The notes under the pieces are model-generated. The model did not search any database and had not been told where the DNA came from. It saw nothing but the letters and a program-made list of their open reading frames with translations. Below, piece by piece: positions 57,566 through 64,000 of a stretch of DNA of 64,000 bases; within the stretch, counting starts at the first letter, position 1, and the number at the start of each line of letters is the position of its first letter. The DNA comes from a virus. The stretch covers positions 62,621 to 126,620 of IMG/VR virus record IMGVR_UViG_3300020473_002209, one strand, 5' to 3'. Position numbers and translations under genes: made by a program.

Positions 57566-58020
57566 AACTACTCCGCGAATACATAAGAGAGCTCTTGACA
57601 GAAAAAACCATCGCGATGGGGATGTGCTTTCCATTCGCAATTCAGAAAGCTGAGGAATGGTTCGGCGATCATTATACGCCACCCGACGATCCTGAAGATG
57701 GCGGTGTAGAGCATCCAGACCTCAACAACATGGATAAATTTAAGGTTGTACATGGAAAGGTGACTGACAAGTGGAAGAAGCCGCCGAAGCCTATCGTGCA
57801 CGCATGGGTTGAGATGGGCGACTTGGTTTTCGACGATCAGACAAGAATAACAAAGCCAAATGGGGTCCCGAAAGACATGTACTATGATATGTATCAGCCA
57901 GAGGTTGTCGAAGAGTTTACTGCTGAGCAAGCATTGACAAAGTGTACGATGTCAGGGTACGAAGGTCCCTGGGATGAAGAGCTTAAAGACATAATGCGCC
58001 AACGCGATGAGGTCACGTAA
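57562..58020 (+). CDS. Leader-motif protein, possible Cys-His (transglutaminase-like) domain
   Basis: MKLLREYIRELLTE; GMCF ... HAWVE.G..VFD. Confidence 0.55.
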   Translation: MKLLREYIRELLTEKTIAMGMCFPFAIQKAEEWFGDHYTPPDDPEDGGVEHPDLNNMDKFKVVHGKVTDKWKKPPKPIVHAWVEMGDLVFDDQTRITKPNGVPKDMYYDMYQPEVVEEFTAEQALTKCTMSGYEGPWDEELKDIMRQRDEVT

Positions 58021-58346
58021 TGTATGAATACAGAGCATTCGTTAGGAAAGTCTATGATGGAGACACTATTACTGTTGATATTGACCTTGGTTTTGATGTT
58101 GTACTTAAAGCTCAAAAAATACGCCTCCTCAGAATAAACACTCCTGAAATCCGCGGTAAAGAGCGTCCAGAAGGGCTGAAGTCAAGAGATGCTCTTCGTG
58201 TAAAAATTGGAAATAAGTGGATAAGATTAAAGACACAAAAAGATAAAAAAGGCAAGTACGGTCGTTGGCTTGGCGAGATCTGGTTAGATGACGAATGTAT
58301 TAACGACTGGTTACTCGCAGAAGGCTATGCAGAGAAATATGAATGA
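58020..58346 (+). CDS. Staphylococcal nuclease (SNase)-like protein
   Basis: VYDGDTI, IRL..INTPE, KYGRWLG, GYA. Confidence 0.88.
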   Translation: MYEYRAFVRKVYDGDTITVDIDLGFDVVLKAQKIRLLRINTPEIRGKERPEGLKSRDALRVKIGNKWIRLKTQKDKKGKYGRWLGEIWLDDECINDWLLAEGYAEKYE

Positions 58347-59094
58347 AAAATTAGGGTCGCTTCCATCCCTCCAAATAAGGGAGATGCTACGTCATGATTT
58401 ACTGACGTACTTCACACCCAACCCAGGTTGGGATCCGAAAGACATCAAGTGGTTCGACGGCTGCGGTCCTCAGTTGGCTGCAAGGATGGGGTTGCAAAAG
58501 TATCTCTCCGGGAGTGATATAATCGTTTTTGATGTTGGCTGTAATATAGCTCCGCCCCTTGATGACTTTACTGGTCTTGTACTTCACCATTTTCCCGATT
58601 GTAAAGTACACGGATTTGAACCTGTTCATTGGGAAGAATACAAAGAGACGTACAAGCAAGATGAGCGAGTTGACTTACACAAGATTGCTCTGTCAGAGAA
58701 TGATTGCTTAAAAAAAATATATTCCCCTTCGGCATCTGGGCTTTCATCATTTCATTTTAGGAAATCATGGCAACGCTGGGAAGAGGAAGACCAGCAACAA
58801 ATTCAAGAAAAACGTGTTGAGTGCAGAAGTATAGACTCATTTTCGGAAGAAATGCGGATAAATCATATAGACTATCTGAAGCTAGATTGTGAGGGAGCAG
58901 AGTTTGAAGTGCTATTAGGCGCGTCTAGGCTAATCAGTCAGCGACGAATTTACCTAATTCAGGTCGAAGACCAGACTGGGTTTTGTGAAGACGCAGGTTT
59001 CGATTCCCAAACATCCATATCTCTGTTTTTAGAACAGAATGGTTATGAGCCAGTTGTGTATGACGGTCAAGATTTTGTGTGGAGGTTGAAGTAA
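58339..59094 (+). CDS. FkbM-family methyltransferase
   Basis: FDVGCN, GFEP, IDYLKLDCEGAEFEVL.GA. Confidence 0.85.
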   Translation: MNEKLGSLPSLQIREMLRHDLLTYFTPNPGWDPKDIKWFDGCGPQLAARMGLQKYLSGSDIIVFDVGCNIAPPLDDFTGLVLHHFPDCKVHGFEPVHWEEYKETYKQDERVDLHKIALSENDCLKKIYSPSASGLSSFHFRKSWQRWEEEDQQQIQEKRVECRSIDSFSEEMRINHIDYLKLDCEGAEFEVLLGASRLISQRRIYLIQVEDQTGFCEDAGFDSQTSISLFLEQNGYEPVVYDGQDFVWRLK

Positions 59095-59095
59095 T

Positions 59096-59236
59096 ATGAT
59101 AAAAAGAATCAAAAAATGGATGCATTGGCGGGGAGTGACCCCTAAAGACCTCACCTATGCAGTGTTTGCGTTAGGCACTCTTTGTACCATGGCGGGACTT
59201 TTAGTTTACTTGATAATTGCCAGTACACTTGCTTAG
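59096..59236 (+). CDS. 46-aa single-TM protein
   Basis: MIKRIKKWMHWRGVTPKDLTYAVFALGTLCTMAGLLVYLIIASTLA fills the gap. Confidence 0.5.
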   Translation: MIKRIKKWMHWRGVTPKDLTYAVFALGTLCTMAGLLVYLIIASTLA

Positions 59237-59266
59237 AATCTCTTACAATCTGTGTAGAGGTTAAAG

Positions 59267-60118
59267 ATGCAAGAGTTTCCTGAAAATTTTGATAATCGAG
59301 TTATGTCACACTGCCGTCAGCTTTCCGAACAAGACCGCTTATTCTTCATTCATGTTCCTAAGACAGCAGGTACAGCTGTTAAGTGGCGTATGGAGCAGAA
59401 TGATCTCGAAACATACCACATGGCAGACCCGCACCCATTTCCGGTCATGAGGGTTGAAAAAGTTACGACACCCATCTGGGCTCGTGTTAATAGACAAGAC
59501 GTGAAGTTAGCTGTTCAGCAGAGCTTTCCCATGCACCAGAACCGGTGGGAAAATATGTTAAAATTTTCTCTTACAAGAAATCCATTTTCATGGCTTGTTA
59601 GCTGGTATATGCACGGCACACCAGATACAGAAGATGGGTGGGGTAACGTAAATTACATTTATGGAATTCGCAGCTTCCCAGAGTTCGTGGAAAAGTTTTG
59701 TTCTCCGAGAGTACCTTGGAACCACGGACTAAACACCACATATTGGAAGAGGTCTATGTATGCGCAGTGGTTCAACCGTGATTCGGAATGTATCATCAAT
59801 TTTGCCATCAGGTCTGAGAATCTACACGCAGGTGTAGATGCGATGTTCACAGCTTCTGGTCTTTCTAATATGAGTCACCCACCTCGAGCAAATAGCAACT
59901 ATAGTCATCGTAAAAACAAAGACTATAGAGATTATTATGATTCCGCTTCAAAGGAAATAGTGGAAAAATATTTTGCAAGAGACCTACAAGTCTTTGGCTA
60001 CGATTTTGATGGCCCTACTGATGACCGCATTATTTATGATATTGAGAGAATGCATTTGTCATATACTGTTGATAACGACCTATTTATGCACAAGGGAACC
60101 GCAATAAGTAGAGGCTGA
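59267..60118 (+). CDS. Sulfotransferase family 2 protein
   Basis: FFIHVPKTAGT, RNPFSWLVSWY, YF.RD...FGY. Confidence 0.85.
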   Translation: MQEFPENFDNRVMSHCRQLSEQDRLFFIHVPKTAGTAVKWRMEQNDLETYHMADPHPFPVMRVEKVTTPIWARVNRQDVKLAVQQSFPMHQNRWENMLKFSLTRNPFSWLVSWYMHGTPDTEDGWGNVNYIYGIRSFPEFVEKFCSPRVPWNHGLNTTYWKRSMYAQWFNRDSECIINFAIRSENLHAGVDAMFTASGLSNMSHPPRANSNYSHRKNKDYRDYYDSASKEIVEKYFARDLQVFGYDFDGPTDDRIIYDIERMHLSYTVDNDLFMHKGTAISRG

Positions 60119-60121
60119 CAG

Positions 60122-61978
60122 ATGAAGCTCGTTATAAACGGGAGCGCAATAAGCGTAGAAAGAGCCGATGATCATGCTGCGAGACAGCTCGGGCTTATGT
60201 ACCGTAACTTCTTGCCGCAGGACTCTGGGATGCTTTTTTCTTTTCCAAATTCTGAGGAAAGAAGCTTTTGGATGAAGAACACATATATTCCACTTTCGAT
60301 AGCTTATCTGGACTCCGAAGGTCGGATCCTGAACATCGAAGACATGGAGCCTCAAGACTTGACGGGCATCCGCTCATCAGGACCAGCTATGTTTGCTTTA
60401 GAAGCGAATAAGGGGTGGTTCGAAGAGCGAGGAATTTCTGCTGGAGATATTGTTCAAGGTCTCTTGGGTGGCGCACTTCAAGAGGCAGCAGGCCCTAACC
60501 TGTCGGATCAAGGCTTCCATTATGCAGATGTAGTCCAGCCGATTATAGAGCAGATCATGAGCAACCTTGGTACTTCTCCAGAAGAAGGTGAGTATTTAAG
60601 CACACACATGTGGGATTATCCGATAGCACCAGATGTATGGCTTGAGTATTGGGAAGACGAAGGCGGCGCATTTTTTGACGTAAACGTAAGTGTTTCTATT
60701 ACAGATTTTCCTGATGGTCATGCTGGGTGGAATATAGACGCCGACGCTGGATGGGGCGAAAGCTCGGAGGCGCTAGTCAACATAAATGTTGAGCTTTCAC
60801 CAGAGTTTGTTTTAGACGCGGACTCTCTACAACAAATACGTCAAGAGCTATTCAACGCTGTTCCGCATGAGGTCCATCACCTTACACAGAGCGGTAACCC
60901 GTTTGAGAGACCAAATTGTCCCGCAATGCCTCCGGCAGAGGGTAACAGCTATTTTAATTACTTCACGCAAGCATGCGAAGTTCCAGCATTCTTAGTTGGC
61001 TTTCGTGGAGAAGCAAGCCAGTCTGGAATGGCGATAGAAAAGTTGATCGATGGATATTTGAACAATTACGTAGAAGTGGGTAAAATTACACCAGATGAAT
61101 TGCTTAAAGTGAAGGATACTTGGCTAGGGCATGAAAAATGGGATAAGGAAACAGTGCAAGAATCTATGCTTAGGCGATACGTTCGGGAGGTTTTGCTTGA
61201 GGTGACCACACTTCCGCAAGAGTATTTCAAGACAATCGATGATGCTGTTTCTGCTTCACGCTTCTGGGAACAACCTAATTCACAGGATGATATTGATTTG
61301 ATATCGAGCAGAGTGGGAAATTCTCTGGGTACCCCTGCAGCCGATGCCTTGAGCCAGACTCTGCAAGATGTGTTTGACGATCTCGAACTAGACATTGATG
61401 TAGTTGTCAGCTCTCATGAGACAGATGATATCGATGGTTTCACTCTACACCCGGAACATCCGGCGTACCCTGACCGGTGGTTAGTTGACGCACGCTGGTA
61501 CGTTTCGAAACAAAACCCGGGCCGAAATACTGTTGATATGGAGATGATGACAGCAGAACAAGAGCTTCCCGACCTCGATTCAGCAGCTCTTATGAGGCAC
61601 ATTACGCAGACTGTACGCCACGAGCTGGTGCACTATCACCAGATGAAGAAGCAAGCTCAAAACAAGGGTCTTGACGATACAGCGGCATTTGAAGAGATGA
61701 AAGCCGACCCATCTCAGGTTCCCTCATCAGGAAAGATCGAAGATTATCTAAGGTCTCATATAGAAATTGATGCTCATGCTCATGATGGAGCAGAAGAATT
61801 ACTCGCAGTATACGGTAAGGAAAAGTCGCTAGACATGTTAAGACGAGGATTTGATCTAACTGATCGTAAGATGCCAAATGCTGTCAAGCACTATTTTGAA
61901 CAGCTTCCTGAATCAGATCCAACACTTGATAAATTTCGTTCAAAACTCTATTCTCAGATTGAGAAAATGACAGCTTAG
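60122..61978 (+). CDS. DUF192 domain fused to two HExxH metallopeptidase-like domains
   Basis: GLMYR..LP...GMLF.F, FWMKNT.IPLSIAY; HEVHH...E; HELVH...EIDA. Confidence 0.75.
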   Translation: MKLVINGSAISVERADDHAARQLGLMYRNFLPQDSGMLFSFPNSEERSFWMKNTYIPLSIAYLDSEGRILNIEDMEPQDLTGIRSSGPAMFALEANKGWFEERGISAGDIVQGLLGGALQEAAGPNLSDQGFHYADVVQPIIEQIMSNLGTSPEEGEYLSTHMWDYPIAPDVWLEYWEDEGGAFFDVNVSVSITDFPDGHAGWNIDADAGWGESSEALVNINVELSPEFVLDADSLQQIRQELFNAVPHEVHHLTQSGNPFERPNCPAMPPAEGNSYFNYFTQACEVPAFLVGFRGEASQSGMAIEKLIDGYLNNYVEVGKITPDELLKVKDTWLGHEKWDKETVQESMLRRYVREVLLEVTTLPQEYFKTIDDAVSASRFWEQPNSQDDIDLISSRVGNSLGTPAADALSQTLQDVFDDLELDIDVVVSSHETDDIDGFTLHPEHPAYPDRWLVDARWYVSKQNPGRNTVDMEMMTAEQELPDLDSAALMRHITQTVRHELVHYHQMKKQAQNKGLDDTAAFEEMKADPSQVPSSGKIEDYLRSHIEIDAHAHDGAEELLAVYGKEKSLDMLRRGFDLTDRKMPNAVKHYFEQLPESDPTLDKFRSKLYSQIEKMTA

Positions 61979-61987
61979 CTTTTATTG

Positions 61988-62704
61988 TTATAGAGCTTCT
62001 CTTATCTGCGCGATCTCATTTCTGCTTATTTCATGTGAATAGACGATAGTTGCCAGAGGTGTTGGTCTGCCATAGAAGTTTTCTACCGCAACCGCGAAGA
62101 TAATCGATCGTAATCTTCCTGAGTTATCAAAGCCTCCTGATCCAGAGTATCCGAACCAAACGAAGCCTTGAAGTAGTGTAGCGTTATGTGGCTCGCTGTG
62201 TCCAGACACATGAGATCTAGTGGTCAATAGCTCATAGCTTGATGGATAACCAGTGTAAGTAATTTCATCGCCAACAGAAAGCTCCCCAGTTCTTGCCAGC
62301 CCGATAGCAGTCCGTGAGTGGAGCTTTGGGATGCGCAGTACAGCGATGTCTTTCGTTTGTGATTTCCATATTACTTGTCCAACAACTTTCTCTGTGGGCG
62401 TTGAAATGTAATAGATTTCCGATCTATCAACTACATGTCGCGCTGTTATAACAAGGAAGTGGTCGTTCATCTCGACGTATGTACCAGACCCATGTCCCCC
62501 TTGTAACCCTTCTACCTTGACTGCGCTGTTTCTGCTCGCTCTTTGAGCGCTAGTGAATAAAACCTCAGCAGTCCCGTTTATTATCTGCGCGTCTGGAACG
62601 GTTGCACTTTCTGCAGGCGGTACTATATCGTTAGAGTAAGCAGTTGTCTGCGGTAGCGTAATTCCAGCGAATGCTAACAAAAGTATTGAGAATATTTTTT
62701 TCAT
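61988..62704 (-). CDS. Exported trypsin-like serine protease
   Basis: Signal peptide; TARH, DIAVL, GYSGSG. Confidence 0.8.
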   Translation of the reverse strand: MKKIFSILLLAFAGITLPQTTAYSNDIVPPAESATVPDAQIINGTAEVLFTSAQRASRNSAVKVEGLQGGHGSGTYVEMNDHFLVITARHVVDRSEIYYISTPTEKVVGQVIWKSQTKDIAVLRIPKLHSRTAIGLARTGELSVGDEITYTGYPSSYELLTTRSHVSGHSEPHNATLLQGFVWFGYSGSGGFDNSGRLRSIIFAVAVENFYGRPTPLATIVYSHEISRNEIAQIREAL

Positions 62705-62822
62705 TTAGAAATCCTCCATTTATTAACTATCGTGTACATAGTGTATATTTACTAATGGTTTTTAAGGACAGCTTGAAAGAGCAGCGCTCACCGCCATATT
62801 GCTTTAGGACAGGGAGACCAGG

Positions 62823-63194
62823 GTGAAGAATTTTTTTCCAATTTTTGTCGAAAATTCTAGACTCCCCGCTATTCTTTCAAAAATATCCCCCATAGATATT
62901 TGGGCCATTAGTTTAGGCCTATTCGTTTTTTGTCGGGGCGAAATGAGCGCTGAGACAAAGAATCACGAGTCAATACACTTCAAACAATGGGTCGAACTTT
63001 TGTTCATCGGTTTTCTTGTGTTATATCCTCTCTTCTGGATTGTAGGATTGTTCAAGTACCGCGATGGCGCCCATGCCTATATGATGATTCCTTTTGAGCA
63101 AGAAGCTTATGGGAATGATCAGGATCTAAATTATCTTAATAATAGAAAGCTATATGCATGGGTGAAGTATGTCAGAGCAAGAGGATCCGAATAA
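62823..63194 (+). CDS. Membrane HExxH protein
   Basis: NHESIH..Q, PFEQEAY. Confidence 0.7.
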   Translation: MKNFFPIFVENSRLPAILSKISPIDIWAISLGLFVFCRGEMSAETKNHESIHFKQWVELLFIGFLVLYPLFWIVGLFKYRDGAHAYMMIPFEQEAYGNDQDLNYLNNRKLYAWVKYVRARGSE

Positions 63195-63357
63195 GCAAAC
63201 GCACATCGCCGTGAAGGGGGATTTAGTGATTTGTTTAGACACTGGAAGCGTAGGAATTATACTTGAGCGTCGTGCTCACAATATTTATTTGGTAAGCTTC
63301 CCGCACGGCGTCTTTCCGTATGAGCGGGAAGATTTTGATGTACTAAAATCTGGATGA
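63169..63357 (+). CDS. Small SH3/KOW-like protein
   Basis: VKGDLVIC.DTGSVGIILE. Confidence 0.55.
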   Translation: MSEQEDPNKQTHIAVKGDLVICLDTGSVGIILERRAHNIYLVSFPHGVFPYEREDFDVLKSG

Positions 63358-63364
63358 CAATAAA

Positions 63365-63565
63365 ATGTTCGAACACTTAAAAGAAATAAACATGACGTAC
63401 TTTAATCACTGTATCAGGTCTATGAAATTTGCTGCGTGGTCACTGAAACTATACTTTGCATGTATTATTCACGCTGTATTACCTTTTATATTTACGGATA
63501 CGTTTTCCAACAACGTATTACAATTGGCTAAAGTATTAGAGGAAGAAGATAATGCAAAACATTAA
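63365..63565 (+). CDS. Small conserved protein
   Basis: HLKE..MTYF.H...IIHAVLPF.F..T.S. Confidence 0.65.
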   Translation: MFEHLKEINMTYFNHCIRSMKFAAWSLKLYFACIIHAVLPFIFTDTFSNNVLQLAKVLEEEDNAKH

Positions 63566-63761
63566 AGTGGGTACTCCCGTGTATCATTATTTAAGAATGA
63601 ACCGTGTAGGGACAGTCCGTGAAATAAGAGTCGATCTAGCTGATAACGTGTGGATGACTGAAGGATCTCCCTCAGGCCGCCAGTATGCTGTTGTAGAATA
63701 TCGAGATGGATCTACACAAACTCATCTACTCTCTGACCTCATGCGTGCAGACCTTGATTAG
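63552..63761 (+). CDS. Small SH3-like protein
   Basis: IKVGTPVYH...VGTVREI. Confidence 0.6.
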   Translation: MQNIKVGTPVYHYLRMNRVGTVREIRVDLADNVWMTEGSPSGRQYAVVEYRDGSTQTHLLSDLMRADLD

Positions 63762-63811
63762 CCTTGTAAATTATGCCCGTTTTTTTTAAATTTAGAAATC
63801 GGGAGAAAGTC

Positions 63812-64000
63812 ATGGAACCATGGAGCGAAGAGTTTAGGCAACCGCAGGAAAAAGGTTTCGGACAGAAATGTCTTGAAGCAGCTGTAGTAGTCTACGCAGG
63901 GTTTGCGATATTCGTGGTGGCAACGCTGGCAGAGACTGTTACAATTCCTCTTGCTGCTCGCCGACGTAAAAAGCAGGAAAAGAATAATGAAGGTCGGTGA
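63812..64000 (+). CDS. Small membrane protein
   Basis: ATG after GGGAG; one TM. Confidence 0.5.
   Translation: MEPWSEEFRQPQEKGFGQKCLEAAVVVYAGFAIFVVATLAETVTIPLAARRRKKQEKNNEGR

Noticed and set aside
55777-57603. Spaced direct repeats as a CRISPR array
   Set aside because: Repeats are in-frame coding leaders about 600 nt apart; no cas genes.
1-64000. Stop-codon reassignment, or a cellular chromosome
   Set aside because: Standard code gives full-length genes ending in TAA, TAG and TGA; gp32-like SSB, endolysin, dense unknown ORFs and absence of ribosomal operons point to a phage.

Overview
A gene-dense, almost entirely plus-strand segment of a large (jumbo/huge) tailed-phage-like genome; no capsid, terminase or tail genes are recognisable here. 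1-26.3 kb is replication and nucleotide metabolism: C-terminus of a PolA-like gene, DEDDh exonuclease, T4 gp32-like SSB, RecA, 5'-3' exonuclease, DnaB, class II RNR, ClpP, endolysin, GS type II, ThyX, MBD4-like glycosylase, dUTPase/dCTPase, DnaE. It ends in a compact putative DNA-hypermodification operon: a dCMP-type thymidylate-synthase homologue, UDP-galactopyranose mutase, a GT-B-like protein, dNMP kinase, NDP-sugar epimerase and cupin. 26.3-38.3 kb encodes acidic, probably virion-associated proteins. 38.3-51.8 kb holds host-takeover genes (GroEL, sigma70-like factor, peptide deformylase, HD hydrolase, tubulin/FtsZ-family protein) and a tmRNA (tag ANNNNHFEERLAA). 51.8-64 kb is accessory. 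The two strongest signals are (i) the candidate furanosyl-cytosine DNA modification pathway and (ii) a recurring L-R-x-Y-I-R-x-L-L-x-E peptide on a dozen or more unrelated cargo domains, often downstream of an ATATTTA motif, suggesting a head-targeting/protease-processing system for injected proteins. All calls come from motif recognition by eye; no searches were run.
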